Assembly: GCA_963785305.1 (NCBI GenBank)
Contig: CAWAUV010000007.1
Span: 64,001 to 128,000, forward strand
DNA: 64,000 nt
Direction of reading: 5' to 3'
From: an uncultured Planctomycetaceae bacterium
GTDB lineage: Bacteria; Planctomycetota; Planctomycetia; Pirellulales; PALSA-1355
The translations under genes and the position numbers were made by a program. The stretch's first letter is position 1, and each line of letters begins with the position of its first letter. The notes beneath the pieces are model-generated. The model worked only from the letters and a program-made list of their open reading frames with translations. It did no database searches and was not told the origin of the DNA. Shown piece by piece: positions 51,068 through 64,000 of this stretch.

Positions 51068-54000
51068 CTAGTGCCCCAGGTCGTGGCCGCGTTGGACCGG
51101 GGTGCGCTGGCCGTAAAGACTGTAGAGCACCGGCATCAAATATCGGGTCAGAAACAGGGTCACGACCATGCTCCCCACGACGACAATCGCTAGCGGCTTT
51201 TGGGTCTGGGCGCCGATCTTGGTCGACACCGCCGCCGGCAATAGGCCAAAGATCGCCGTGAGCGCGGTCATCATCACCGGCCGCACCCGATTCTCGGCGC
51301 CTTGCAAAATCGCGTCGCGTAAATCGAGCCCGCGCAAGCGGAGTTGATTGAACGACGCGATCAGGAGCAACCCGTCCATGATCGCCACGCCGAAGATCGA
51401 CGTGAAGCCGACGGCCGCGGCAATGCTGAAATTCGTGCCCGTGATCCACAGGGCCCAAATTCCACCGAGCAAGAGCGCGAGCACGTTGCACAGCACCGCG
51501 GCGGCGTCGAGCACCGAGTGGAAGGCCAGGTAGAGCAATAGAAACACGAGGGCCAGCGACACGGGAATGATGATCATCAGCCGCCGCTCGCCCTCTTCCA
51601 TTTGTTGAAATTCGCCGCTCCAGGCGAGGCGATAATCGGGCGGCGTCACGAGTTGGGCCCGCGCTGCGCCTCCTTCACGGCGCTGGCCAGATCGCGATTG
51701 CGCACACTGAACTTCACCGCGATCAGCCGCTTGCCCTCCTCGCGACTAATGACCGACGCTCCGCCGCGAATGAACTTGCCATGGGGATCGAGCGCGAAGT
51801 CGGAATCGACCGACAGCGGCGTCACCAGATCGCGCAGGCGTTCGCGCGGCGCGGTCGTGGTTTCCAGCGGCTTGCCCGACCGCGCGCTGCCGGTAAAGCT
51901 CGGCAGCAAGCTGCCATAGCCGGTCGAGGCCGGATGGCCCGAGGCGTCGGGGTCGGCGCTTTGCGTCCGGACCACGTTGCCGATCACATCGACCGGAATA
52001 TCGAGAATATCGTTCTCGTCCTCGCGCAGCCGAAGCGGCCAGCGCACCGTGATGTCAAACGACTTTTCGCCCTCGATCATCTGCGACACCGCTTTGCCGC
52101 CGATCGCGGTTTGAATCACGTTGTGGACATCGGCCACGCTCACGTTCCAAATGGCGCATTTGTGCCGATCGATCGGCAACTCGACATTGGTTTGCCCCAT
52201 GATGCGGTAGTAGCCCACATCCTCGAGGCCCGGCACTCCGCGCAGTTCGCGGTCACCAAATTGCCGAGTCGCTCGAGCTGATCGAGGTCGGGTCCGATGA
52301 TCTTGCACGAGTTTTCGCCCTGCACGCCCGAGAGCACCTCGAGCACGTTGTCGCGAATCACTTGCGAAAAGTTCCAGTTCACGCCGGGCAGCGCCTGGGC
52401 CAGATCGTCGTTCATCGCCTTGACCAGCTCCGGCTTGGTGCGGGCCCGCAGCGGCCAGAACCAGCGCCGCCAGCCATGATTCGGAGTCGTCGCGGGCCAA
52501 TGCTCCGGACTCTTGAGCGGCACGAAAAACTCGGCGCTGTAGAAGCCCGTGGGATCGACGCCCGAATCGGGCCGGCCCAATTGGCACACGATCAATTCCA
52601 CCTCGGGATATTTGCGCATCATGGCCCGGGCAATCCGCGAGCGATCCGAGTTTTCCTGGAGCGACACCCCGGTGGGAAAAATGCCGCGAATCCAGAGATG
52701 GCCTTCCTCGAGAGCCGGCATGAACTCTCGACCCAGGAAGGGCAGCAGCGCGATGGTGCCGACGAGCATCAGGCCAAACGCCGTGACCACGAGCGGGCGG
52801 TGGTCGAGACACCAGGCCAGATTTCGCAGATAACCGCGCTTGATCCACCGGACCATGAAGTTCTCGGGCCGCGGCTCGAGGTTCTTGAACAGCACCAGAC
52901 ACAGCACCGGCACGCGGTCAGCGCCAACAGCAGCGCTCCGCCGATGGCGAAGGCATAGGTCTCGGCCATCGGCCGAAAGAGCTGCCCCTCGGGTCCGCGC
53001 ATCGTGAAGAGCGGCAACATGGCGCACACGAGAATCAGCGTGCTGAAGAACAAGCTCCGCTCGACCTCGCGCACCGCGACCACGATCCGCTGCCCGAGCG
53101 GCAGGTCGCCATATTTTCCGGCGGCGAGCACTCGGTAGATGTTTTCGACCATGATCACGGTCGAATCGATGATGATGCCGAAATCCACGGCGCCGATGCT
53201 CAGCAAGTTGGCCGACTTATCACGGACCCAAAGCACGCCAAAGGCAAAGAGCAAGCTCAGCGGCAGATTGAGGGCAATGATGAAGGCGCTCCGCACATTG
53301 CTCAGAAACATGAGCAGAATCAGGGAGACGAGCGCGATGCCGGTAAGCAGGTTTTCCTGCACGGTTTCGGTCGTGGTGTTGATCAGGTCGGTGCGATCGT
53401 AAAAAGGAACGACTTGCACTCCTGGCGGCAGCATTCCTCCGGCGTTGAGCTCTTGAATCTTGGCGTCGACACGGCGGAGCGTGGGCAGCGATTCGGCGTC
53501 CTTGCGCAAGAGCACGAGCCCCTGCACGACTTCTTCCTCGTCGATCCATTCGCGCTCGCCGCGCTCGTTGACCACCTCGACGCCGTCTTTTTCCAGGGGC
53601 CGGCTGAGCGCGACTTTGCCCAGCCGCGTGATGTTGCTCACGATCACGCCCTGGTCCGAGACTTCTTGTCCCACCTTGAGCGGCCCGCCCTCGACCACAT
53701 CGCCCACGCGAACCGGCAGGTTGTTGGTGGCCGTGAGCACGATTTCGCGAATCTGCCGCGAACGCACCTGTTCGGCGGCGCGCAGATATTTGGCGGCTTC
53801 TTGCGCCGTGGGCATGCCGAGCACCGATTGCATCGGGTCGCGCCCGCGGCCAATGAGCCCGAGCCCGCGCACCACCGCCGCCGATTCGCCTTGCACCAGA
53901 TAATCGCCGCTCACATTGTCGTTGCTGGTGGCGATCGCCGACTGGAGCTGGGCGAGCGTGATGCCGAAGCGTTTCATGCGGTCGGGATCGGGCTGCACTT

Positions 54001-54568
54001 CATAGCGCTTCACCGAGCCGCCGAAGCTCACCACGTCGGCCACTCCGCCCAGCCGGCGAAATTCACGCGTGAGCGTCCAATCTTGGATTGCCCGCAGATC
54101 GTTGAGCGAATAGATCGGCTGGCCGCTCGAGTCGCGGGGACAATCGACGCGATAGCGGAGAATCTCGCCGATCGGCGAGCGCGGCGAAATCTGCGGCGAC
54201 ACCCCGGTGGGCAAATCGGTCATGCCCATCCGATTGATGACTTCCTGCCGCGCCACCAGATACGGCACTCCGTATTCGAATTGCATGTTCACATACGACA
54301 AGCCGAACAGCGACTTGCTGCGCATGTACTTGAGCCCGTTCATGCCGGCCAGCGACACTTCGAGCGGCACCGTCACCAGGCGTTCCATTTCCTCGGGCGA
54401 GCGGCCGCCATAGAGGGCCACCACTTCCACGATCGCCGGCGCCGGATCGGGATAGGCCTCGACATTCACCTGGCTCACCGCGAACGCTCCGGCCACGGCC
54501 AGCGCAATGATCAGCAAGCCCACGATGAGCGGGTTTTCGACCGACCAGGCGATGATTTTGGTAACCAT
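51068..54568 (-). CDS. CusA/CzcA heavy-metal RND efflux permease (several frameshifts)
   Basis: VEAYPD, SIGAVDFGIIIDSTVIMVEN, GPEGQLFRPMA, RVRPVMMTA. Confidence 0.93.
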
Positions 54569-54637
54569 GCGTTTCCAGGCTTCGTTAGCATGCCAACAGC
54601 GAGATCAAGCGATGCGTCGGATCGAGGTCGGCGGCGC

Positions 54638-56036
54638 TCAGGGAGGCGCCGCTTGGCCGGCTTCTTTCGATTGTTGGTCCGAGAGCGCTTGCTCCAGTTC
54701 CAGGGCGCCGCTCGACACCACCACTTCGCCCGGATCGAGCGGCTCGATGCCTTGCTCGGCCTGTTCGGGCGTGACCACGCCGCGCACATCGACGAAATCA
54801 TGGAACCGGCGAACCGCCATCACGCGCCGCCTGCGAAAACGGGGCGGAGTGGCCTCGACTTGCACGAACACATAGGTGCGCTCGCCGTCGTCGATCAGCG
54901 CTTTGGTCGGTATCTGGGTCGTGTTGTCTTCCGGCGGAATCTCGATCGCCGCCGTGACGAATTGTCCGGCCCGCAAATCTCCCCGCGGATTGGCCACGCT
55001 GCCCAAGAGCAGCGCCATGTGTTCATTGGGATCGATGATCTCGCCGATGCGATCGATGCGAATCGGAATATCGCCGAGCTCCGGATTCGCCGGCAATCGC
55101 AAGAGCGGCTGAAGCGGCTTGGGCATTTGCTGCAAGCTCGGCAGGTCTTCCTCGAAGGCATGCAGCCACACGCTCAGCACGCTCAAATCGGCGATTTTGA
55201 AGATGTCGCTATTCATGTCCACGATATCGCCCACGCTCACGTTCTTCTCGACCACGGTGCCGTCCATCGGCGACACCAATTCGACGCGGGCCCAGTTCAG
55301 ATCCTCCGACTTGTCGTGCGACTGGCCTTTGCCGATCTGATCGGCCTCGGCCCGAATCGCGGCGATTTCCGCCTCGCCGAGCATCCAACTTCGCAGCGTG
55401 CGCTCGCCGCGGTCGACGGCGATTTGGTCGGAGAACACATTGCGCTCGGCGTCGCGCACGGCGCTGGCGCTGGTGGCGCCTTTTTGCTCCAGTTCGCGCA
55501 GCGCATTAAGGGTTTGCATGTCGATGCGCAGCTTGGCGAGCGAATCGACCAGCTCGCTTTTTTGCACGCCCAGGTCCTTGCTCCACAAGATCGCGAGTCG
55601 CTCGCCCTTCTTCACCCGATCCATGAAGCTGAGCGGGCGCTTGGTCGCGCCGGAGCCCGGCGGGCCGGCCAGCGGATCGTCGACCGTGGCGAGCTGCACG
55701 ATCTGACCGGGAAAGAGGGTGTGGACATGCACCAGGCGATTCGAGTCGATCGCGAGCGACCCGCGCAGCTCGAGCGGCCGGGGACGCGTGGGCTTCGTGG
55801 CCACGGCCGTGCGTAGCTTCATCAGGTCGACCGTGAGCTTGGGGATCGCGATCGTCTCGGCGCCGCCGGTTTCGCGCGAAGCATTTCGCGCGGGGGCCGC
55901 GGCGATTCCTGGCGCAGCGGCGATAGGCCTCGGCCGCGAAGCCGAAGGCCAGAAGCGTCAGCGCCGCCAAGGCGGCGCCGAACATTGCTTTCGCGCTTGG
56001 GGCGTTGAATCGCGGCATCGGACGAATCGTCTCCAT
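54638..56036 (-). CDS. RND efflux periplasmic adaptor (CzcB/CusB-like; frameshift near 55900)
   Basis: N-terminal TM, VKKGERLA, SPMDGTVVEKNV, LDPGEVVVSSGA; upstream of RND permease. Confidence 0.88.
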
Positions 56037-56206
56037 GCAGGGGGCGTCGGAGAATGCGCAAAGCGCGCGCGGACCGTTGAAATTATTCAACAACCCCGCG
56101 CGGCCGGAGCGGCGCAAACCCAAAAAAGCAACGCACTCCGCGCAATCGCCAAGCTCAAAGTCGCCGCGAGAGCCGATTATGCCAACAATGCCGTCGAGCG
56201 GAGCGG

Positions 56207-57032
56207 CTACTTGGCCGCCGTGGGCGCCGGCTTGAGATGCGCGTCGTCGAGTTTGTCCAGCGACCAGAGCAGGCCGCGCGTCACCAAATCCAGAGTAGCG
56301 CGCGTCGCCCACCGTGGCATTGTTGTGACCCAGGGTCGTGGCGAACACCTTGGCGCGGTCGTTGTACTTGTTCGTCCATGCGACCACGGTCTTCGAATCG
56401 CCTTGGGCGCCGGTTGCCAGCGGATGCGCCGTTTCGAGCACATGGCCCATCGAATTGTTGTACAGCTCCTCGTTGATCGTGGTCCAATCGCCAAGGCCCT
56501 TGGTGATCGGGCTCTCCGAGTCGGTGTACACGACATCGATCGGCAGTTGTTTGCCGTGGCCCGTGCTGGGCAGCCCGGTGAAGGCGAACCAAGGCGTGAC
56601 CTTGTTGGGAAAGCCCTCGCTGCGGAAGCAATGCATGCCGCAGTGCAGCACCACGGCCGGCAGTCCTTCCTTATGCGGCTTGAGCACGCGATCGATCAGG
56701 GCCAAGTCCTTCACATTCGCGCAGCATTCGTCATGCACGACCACATCCATGCCCTTGGCCCAATCGTCATTCGAGTAGATCGACATCGGATGATCCGTCT
56801 TGCCGTCGCCCTCGTGAACGATCGTCCATTCGATGTTCGTGCGCGCCGAGATGCCCTCGGTCAGAATCGTCTTCTGATGCGCGTAGTCGTGGCAGCAGCC
56901 GCCGATCACGAGCAGGGCCTTGATCGGCCGCTCGCCGCGCACCGTCGGCTCCGCGCCGCGCGCCGCCTCGAAACCAACGAACACGAATGCCAAGCCGGCA
57001 AGGCCGACGAACAACGAACGTCGCATGTGCAT
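56207..57032 (-). CDS. Secreted ThuA-like domain protein (frameshift near 56290)
   Basis: LLVIGGCCHDY, EELYN, VFATTLGH, LVTRGLLW. Confidence 0.8.
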
Positions 57033-57223
57033 GGGTCGAACCTTTGATGTACTGGAGGCGTGAAAAACTTGAAGTTCAGGCGGGGAACGCCAGGCGCGAG
57101 CCGCGCGGGCGATTAGCGATCATTGTTGCTCGCCGCGACGCTCGTCGCTAGCAGCCCAAGCGAGAAATCGGCGCCGAGCGCGAGTTCCCCCACGCATGGC
57201 GCGACACGCATCGTCGCGCCCGG

Positions 57224-58840
57224 CTAGGGCTGCAATCCCAAGCCGCGGCGATATGCGGCCCGTTGCCGCTCGCGCCCCAGCCGATCCGTGATCGTGTTCC
57301 ATGTCTCGGCCGCCCGAACAAGCGCTGCCCCACTCTTTCGCTCGCCCACGAACACGGCCGCCACCGCGTCGTCGAGGGCCGCCAAATATTCGTCTTGCCC
57401 GGGAATTCGGGGCGCGGCCACCGCGGCCGCCGGTTGCGACAGCGCCCCATCGAGCATCTGGGCATATTGCTTGGCCGCCGAACGCTCGATATCCGGATCG
57501 ACCCACGGCTCGGGCTTGCGGAGCTGCGAACGGCGAAACATGGTCGTCGCTTCGCTCACGGCGCAGGTTCGCGGAGCCCAGGTCGTGGAAAGCCAAGCCA
57601 AGAGCCGTCGCGCGTCGGCCGGACGCGGCGAAGCGGTCATCACCAGTCCCCATCGGCCGGCCAAGCCGAGCAGCGTCGCGTGGCGAGGCTCGTCGGGTCC
57701 GCGCCGATTCCAGCGCTTGCCGCTTTGAGAGTAGACCATGTCGGAGCCGGGCAGGGTGACGAAGCCGATCGCGAATTCGGCGTTGGAGGCCGAGACCCCA
57801 TCGGCCGCCGGCTTCGCTTCATCCGACTTAGCGTCCGAGGGTCCCCTCTTCGCGTCCGACGGCCCCGACTTCGCGCCCGACGGCCATGTGAGCGCCATCG
57901 CCGCTTCGCCGGCGAGAAATGCCCGCCGCACATCGGCCGGGTCGGGCGTGCATCGTCCATCGCTCGCGGCCGAGTTCGCCCCGGGCAATTGCCGCGCGGC
58001 GACGAGCTCGTCGAGCGCGCGCACAAAGGGCGGGCTATCCACGAGCGGCTTCATGGTGTCGATATTGAAAAAGGTGCTATAAGCGTCGCGATCGAGCGCA
58101 TAACAGGCCGCGCGAGCCAGCAGCAGCCGACCCGCCCAGCCCGGCGCCCAGGGCTCGAGCGCGCCGGACCACGCCGCTTCGACGGGCGGCGCCGAGTCGG
58201 CCAAGTTCGCGCGGTCGGCGAAAAACGCGGCCGATTCTTGATACTCGGCCCAAGTCGTGGGCGGACGACGGCGAAACGTTTCGAACAAGTCGGCGCGATA
58301 CCAGCACACCAGCGGCGGCGAGCCAAAAGGAATCGCGAACGCTTGGCCGTTCCAAGTCGCCTCGCGCACCGCCAACGCCTCGAACACATCGGACCAAGCC
58401 AGCCCCGCCCGATCGAGCTCGTCCGCCGGAATGGACTCGGCCCATCCGCGCTCGATCAGGTCGCCCACGAAGCTCGAGGGCACGATCAGGGCGTCGGCCT
58501 CGGGCGCCGGCATGTGGGCGAAATCCGCGGGAGGCAAGCCGATGGCGATGAACTTAACGCCGGTTTGGGCCGCGAACTCGGCTTCGAGCCGCGAGATCGC
58601 CTCGGTCATCCGTTCGTCGCCGACCACCAGCAGCTTGAGGGGCGGGCCCGCGGTTTCGCGTGGCGCCGGGCGCCCGGCCGCCTTGCCCGCGCGAGTCGCG
58701 TCGTTTGCCGGCGGCCCCGCTTCGCGATGATTGCATCCGGTCCAGAGCGTGAGCGAACCGAGCAGCGCCGCAACGAGCAGCAGCGCCGCGAGCGGGCGCC
58801 AAGTCTCGCGCCGCGGCGGGCAGTGCGAAATCGATCTCAC
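57224..58840 (-). CDS. Extracellular solute-binding lipoprotein (sugar-binding family)
   Basis: Lipobox [26 protein letters not shown]. Confidence 0.8.
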   Translation of the reverse strand: MRSISHCPPRRETWRPLAALLLVAALLGSLTLWTGCNHREAGPPANDATRAGKAAGRPAPRETAGPPLKLLVVGDERMTEAISRLEAEFAAQTGVKFIAIGLPPADFAHMPAPEADALIVPSSFVGDLIERGWAESIPADELDRAGLAWSDVFEALAVREATWNGQAFAIPFGSPPLVCWYRADLFETFRRRPPTTWAEYQESAAFFADRANLADSAPPVEAAWSGALEPWAPGWAGRLLLARAACYALDRDAYSTFFNIDTMKPLVDSPPFVRALDELVAARQLPGANSAASDGRCTPDPADVRRAFLAGEAAMALTWPSGAKSGPSDAKRGPSDAKSDEAKPAADGVSASNAEFAIGFVTLPGSDMVYSQSGKRWNRRGPDEPRHATLLGLAGRWGLVMTASPRPADARRLLAWLSTTWAPRTCAVSEATTMFRRSQLRKPEPWVDPDIERSAAKQYAQMLDGALSQPAAAVAAPRIPGQDEYLAALDDAVAAVFVGERKSGAALVRAAETWNTITDRLGRERQRAAYRRGLGLQP

Positions 58841-60521
58841 CAGGGCACTCCGTCCTTGCGCGTGCCGCAGAGGAAAACTTCAATGCCCATCGAGCTGGCC
58901 ATCGATGCCTTGGCCCACAACGCGCGATCGGCCTCCTCGGCCCCGTGCGCATAAGCCACTTGCACATGGTTGCTCTGATGACGGGCCATCATTTGATCGC
59001 GCGACACGCCGTAGGTCATTGCATGCATGATCGGCCATTGGGGCGTCGTGGCTTGCCAGCGCCGCTCGGTTTCGGCCGGCGGCAGTTCGACCACTCCGGC
59101 CCGACCCAGGTCCATGCACAACCGATCGGATTCAATATAAATTCGCGACCAAACAATTTCACCGGGCTTGCTCACGCCCTTGAGCGTGCCACCACCCGAG
59201 GGGAAGTACATCGCCGGTTGACGTTCGCTGCTGGCGCCGGCCCAGCCGCCGATGAAGTGCGCCGGCGGCGCCGCGCCGCTGATGAGAAACACCCAGATAT
59301 ATCCCTCGACCGTGCCCGAGCGATCCACATCGCCCCAACGAATATCGTGGAGCGTGCTCTCGACCGGCTGGCCCATCGCCTTGTGAACCCGGTAGGTCAT
59401 GAGCGCGTCGAGCCCGGCGCATTCGTCGACTTCGTTGAAGTGGGGCAGCGGCTCGTTTTCATAGAGCACTCGCGCACGGCGCGGTCGCGGGCCGGTGGAC
59501 GTTCGGCGTTGTTGAGCATGCCCTCGACCAGATCGCTCGCCGGAAGCAAATCCTTGAGTCCCTGCTGGTATTGGATGCCGATCGCCTGGCAGCCGAAGTC
59601 ATCGGCGATGCGCAGCGCGGCGATATACATCTTGCACTGCAAGAGCGATTGCTCCTCGGTCAAACACGTGGCCGGGTCGGGGCCCGTGATGAGTCGCAAG
59701 CCGCGGCTCCGCATCCAGTCGAGCACTCCGCGCACCTCGTCGTCGGCGACTTGCGTCGTTTCGTAATACAACGCCGACTGGCTGAGCCGCTCCTTGAACA
59801 CGCCGGTCGGATTCAGGAGCTTGTCGGGCACGATCGCGTTGAACATGCCCATGCAGCCTTCGTCGAACACGCCGAGAATCGCTTTTTCGCGGCGCAGATT
59901 GCCCGGCGAGCGCCTTGCCCAAGCGGCGCTCGGCGGCGCGAGGTTTCACGCCCGCCCAGGGCGTGACATGGTCGATATTGTGACGGAGCCGGCCCTTTTC
60001 GATCCAACGGGCAAGCTGGCGGCGGCATCGGGGCGCCGTGAAATCCTCGCTCCAGAGCGTGGAGAATGGTTTGCCGGCCTTGGTCAGCGATGCGTTCAAG
60101 TTCAACATGCCCACGAGTCCCGGCCACTGGCCCGACCAATTGGCCGCGGTCAGGATCGGCCCTTCGTGCGACAAGAGCCCGGGCAGCAGGTGATGCGAAT
60201 ACTGCCACACGGCCTCGGCCACGATCAGCTTGGCCCGCGGATCGATCCGGCGAAAGACCTCGATGCCTTCCTTCTGCGAGCAGAATGAAGCCATGTTCCT
60301 CGGCGGGCTTGTATTCATGGGCGCGGATCAACTCGTAGCCGCTCTCGGCAATGGCTTTGCGGAGCGCTTGTTCGAGCTCGAGTTGGGCGGGCCAGCAGCG
60401 GCGATTGGCCTCGAGCCGCAGGTCCCCGTTGGCGACCAACAGCACTTGGCTTTTTTTGACTTTCGGAATCGCGCGGGCGCTCGGGCATGGCATAGGGAGA
60501 GGGCTTCGAGGATGAGCTCAT
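58837..60521 (-). CDS. L-fucose/L-arabinose isomerase-like protein (multiple frameshifts)
   Basis: [53 protein letters not shown]. Confidence 0.75.
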
Positions 60522-60754
60522 CGGAATTGTTCAAAGGGTGGTTGGGCCTGGATGAAACGCGAAAGAATAGCGACTCGGCTAGAATCTCGCCGACGCTCGG
60601 CGCGAGATCGTCGACCGCCCGGGTAGACGAAATATCGGCTCGCGCCGGGCAGCGCGCCCATTCTGACATACTTCCGGCGCGATCCCAAGAGGCGCGTTCC
60701 GGCCGGGGGACAAATGACCGCCTTGCGCAATTCTAACTTGATTTCGCGGCGGTT

Positions 60755-62712
60755 TCAGCCCGCGGCCGGCGCCTTGGCCCGCGCGGAGGTTTCGCGCCAC
60801 CAGCGGACGACTTGTTCGCGGCCCTGGGGTCGGGAAAAACGATAGGCCTTGAAGAACCGCGGTGAATTGGGCGTGTTCAGAAGCTCGATCCCGAAATCAT
60901 CGAGGTTTTCCCCGTGTCGTTCGACCAGCAGCGCGGCCGCCCATACGCTCAGGTCCAAGTCCGGTCCATCTTCACGATGACACGCCACTGGCCGCTCGAT
61001 GAGCGAACCGAGAAAGGCATCGACCCCGGGCCAGGGGGCGCGGTTGGCGATCGCCAGCGCGGCGAAAATCGCATGCGGCGCGTGCTCGCCCGCCGCCTCG
61101 CGCCGCACTTGGGCAAACCGCGCCATCGCCGGGCCGGTGGCCGACGAACCGATTCCGGCCATCAACTCGTACAGCGCCTCGTGCTCCGAAAGATTGAGAT
61201 CGTTCTTCAGCGGTCGCAGGGGCTGATCGGGCATCGAGGCGAGATAACCTTCCGCGAATCGCGAGACCACGTCCGGATCGAGTTGAAGCAGCATGCGAAT
61301 GTCGAGCTCGCCCAGATGGCGTCCGCGCTCGAAATCTCGCCGCATGTCCGCTGGCTCATCTCCCGCAGCCGCGCTTCGACAGGGCGCCGCGCGAGCACTT
61401 CGTAAGCCATCCGCCGGCGCCGGTCGGCAAATTGACCAATACAAACGTCAGCGGCTCGCCTTTCGGGTGGGGGATCGCCACTCCCACCGGCCAATCGCCT
61501 TCATACAATGTGACGCCGCGCACGCAATGGGCCATGTGATCGTCGATCCGGTCGAAGTGCGTCACATTCCGCGGGGGAGCATCGGGATTCGCCGGATCGA
61601 TTCCCGCGAAATCATGCACCTGCGGCACGCCCACCAAAAGGCGCTGTGTATTGACCTGCTGACCACGCGACCAAACTTCGGCCACCATTGCCGGGCGAGT
61701 CTCGTCGAGCAATTGCCAGAGCGTGGCGAGATTCGGGCTCGTGGCGCCGCGGCCGGCTTTTCTCTCGCTCGTCGGATCGGGATCGCTCCGGGCGGCAAGA
61801 GTCGCTTCGATCCGCGAGCGCACCCGCTCGACATAATCGGCCCGGCAAATCAGTTCGACAAGCGAGCGTTCCGCGTCGGCGCACCGCGGATCGTCTTCGC
61901 GGGCAACTTCGGTCGCCACGCCATCGATGACCACGAGCCCGCGATCGATGACATCCGCGGGATCGACCTCGGTCGGAAGATCGCGGCGCGATTCGGCCAA
62001 AGTCGCGATCAGGGCGTCGATCTCGGCGTCGGTCACCGCCGGCAAGCGGGCGTCTTCGCGGTCGTCGACCAGCCAAGTGCAACGCGCATTGGCATAGAGC
62101 GCCTCGAGCAGTTCATGCGTGGCGCGGTCCGAGTTCGGGCGCGCAGCGCGCCTCGCAGCGGAGCAAGCAGCCGCGCCGCTAGACGGAGCTCGCGGCCATA
62201 GACATCGAGGCGGCCCGCGGCGCTGCGCCGCGCGGCATAAGCGTCGTCGTCGAGCTGCCGCACCAGCGCGGCGAGCGCGGCGGCGTCGGGATCGAGCGCC
62301 GCGGGGAGCGGCGGTGGCTCGGGCGCCAGCTTGAGCAAGGTTTCAATGGCGACCGATGTTTCGACCGGCAGCGAACCGCCGAGCAGCGCGGCTTGTAGGC
62401 GCCGCGCCATGCCGCCCGCGGTCTTGGGGTCCGTGATCCGCCGCCGCAGTTCGGCCTGCGCCTGCTCGCGCGCCTCGAAGCGGTCGTCGTTGAGCTGGCC
62501 CATCAACCGGACGATATCGGATTCATCGGGCGCCTGTGACGCATCGGGTTCATGGGACAGTTCGCCCTCGGCGGCTCGGGCGCTGGGGCGCAATCTCCCC
62601 AGATAAAAAGCAGTGCCAGCAGCGCCAAACCGGGGAACAGAAAGCTCCAGAGCGCACGGACCGATGTCGCAATTCGCGAGTCCTCGGAAGGCAACGTCCA
62701 CGCGTGGTTCAT
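60755..62712 (-). CDS. Large secreted hypothetical protein with HEAT-like repeats (3-4 frameshifts)
   Basis: Signal-like LFPGLALLALLFIW; LNDDRFEAREQA and LDDDAYAARRSA repeats; continues through ORFs 62033, 61356, 60755. Confidence 0.55.
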
Positions 62713-63060
62713 CGTCGTCCCGGCGTATTGGGTTCGGGTTGCTCGGGCGCTTCTCTTGATGACGCTTCTCTCGATGGCGCTTTGTCTCGGTGGTGAGTGT
62801 CTCGGTGGCGAGTCATTTTGGGAGCCGCGACGCATGGCGGCCCGAGCGGTATCACTATCATAGAACGAATCGTCGGTCGGGGCGAGACGATCTTGCCCCG
62901 GGAGGCGTTTTCCACTACAAATCGCCCCGCCTTTCTTGGGAGCAGGTCGGTTCGCGACCGAATTTCCAATCGCCTTATCTCATTGTTTCCCGTCAGAACG
63001 ATCGTCCCGTGCGCGGCTTGCGCCGTCGGGCCCCCGCGCCATCGAATCCTTGAGCGGAGA

Positions 63061-63402
63061 ATGCGCATGAAAAACGGCGTTTCGCGTCGGATCACACTCT
63101 TTGCGCTCGCGATGGCGGGTGTCGGCTGGCTTGTGCCGATGGCCCAGGCCCAAAGCCCCGCGCCGATCAGCCCCGGCGGGCTCGACCTGCAAACCACGTT
63201 GCAAAAAGGGCTCAAGGCTCGCCGGCCGATCGAGTTTCAATTCATCGCCAATGTTTCGCAAATGGTGGCCGATGGCGAGCTCGACGAGTCGCTCGTGATC
63301 ACGGCGTTTCTCTCGGCCCGCAAACATCGGCCTTACCCGTTTCCTTACTTTCTCTTCACGCTCCAGCGACTCGCGCCAAATGTCGGCGGAAGTTTGTTTT
63401 AG
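63061..63402 (+). CDS. Small secreted hypothetical protein
   Basis: Signal peptide ending AQA; LQTTLQKGLKARRPIEFQFI..PFPYF. Confidence 0.65.
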   Translation: MRMKNGVSRRITLFALAMAGVGWLVPMAQAQSPAPISPGGLDLQTTLQKGLKARRPIEFQFIANVSQMVADGELDESLVITAFLSARKHRPYPFPYFLFTLQRLAPNVGGSLF

Positions 63403-64000
63403 AGTCCATCCGCCCAACAACTCCTCTCCCTTTGGGAGAGGGTAGGGCGACGGCCCGCCGAAGTTCTCGGATAGTCGGATAGGCTGTTAGTCGCTCGAGC
63501 GGCTTCGATCACGGAGGCCGCGAAGCGTGGTGGCGAGGCAAACGAGCCCGAGCCGACTCGGGGGGCAAGGTTGCTCGCCCGACTCGCGAAGTTACCATGA
63601 AGGAGACGTGCAATGCCGGAGATGCGCTTTCGCATGATCGCTCGGCGATCAGACCGGCCCACGCTTCCCCTGGGAACCCTTGCTTGTGAACGAACCGCAT
63701 GCACCGCCCGAACAACTCCGCCCGACCGACGGCGAATCGGCGCCGCGGCCCGTGGTGTTTGCCCGCCTTCGAGAGCGCTGCGCCGGCCGCCGAAGAAGAC
63801 GACCGTGGCGATCGCGCTCTTGGTCGTGTTTCATCTGGCGATTTATTTTCAGTTCACCGATCCCGAGCGACGGATGCCGTCGTTTATCTTGAATTTGGTG
63901 GCATTGGCCGACGCGGCGTTCGTGGCGTCGGTCGTGCAGTTCGTGTTCGACGATTGGCGGCTGCGGCGTTATCGCCTGCCGCTGCCGGCCGGACGCAGCA

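Noticed and set aside
55506..57032. Apparent ThuA-efflux adaptor fusion
   Set aside because: Read-through from an indel near 56290; each protein completes in another frame
62745..62815. Short 15-bp tandem duplications
   Set aside because: Only two degenerate copies each, with no evident function
63680..64000. Possible membrane protein start at the window end
   Set aside because: Frame is ambiguous and truncated; no product can be supported

Overview
High-GC bacterial chromosomal DNA whose gene content points to a Planctomycete, probably Pirellulales-like (inferred from the groEL-groES-groEL-dnaJ-grpE order and WxQWRGP-type beta-propeller proteins). In order: 3' end of a sigma54 activator; a flagellar cluster (flgBC-fliEFGHIJ-motE-like-fliK-flgDE); murD, ligA, ispD, tyrS, ald, mtnA; an ECF sigma with an anti-sigma/VWA fusion; J-domain-LRR and TPR genes; fumC; a K+ channel; a coiled-coil/mreB/PBP2 operon; the chaperone operon with yacG; a decayed IS1-like element beside a HigB/HigA-IrrE toxin-antitoxin pair; a Cys-rich three-gene cassette bracketed by REP-like doublets; a CusA-type RND pump; ThuA-like, solute-binding and fucose-isomerase-like genes. 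About 20 genes, including essential ligA and tyrS, carry 1-2 nt indels that look like long-read consensus errors, so their coordinates are approximate. Best leads: a ~200-nt G-U-rich rod-like RNA candidate (37389-37585); a small RNA candidate with promoter and terminator (14722-14874); a possible programmed -1 frameshift (A_AAA_AAG plus stop plus hairpin) fusing a substrate-binding protein to a beta-propeller; a possible MreC analogue in a non-canonical mreB operon; and a sigma54-type promoter on the groEL operon. No rRNA, tRNA or CRISPR array was recognised.
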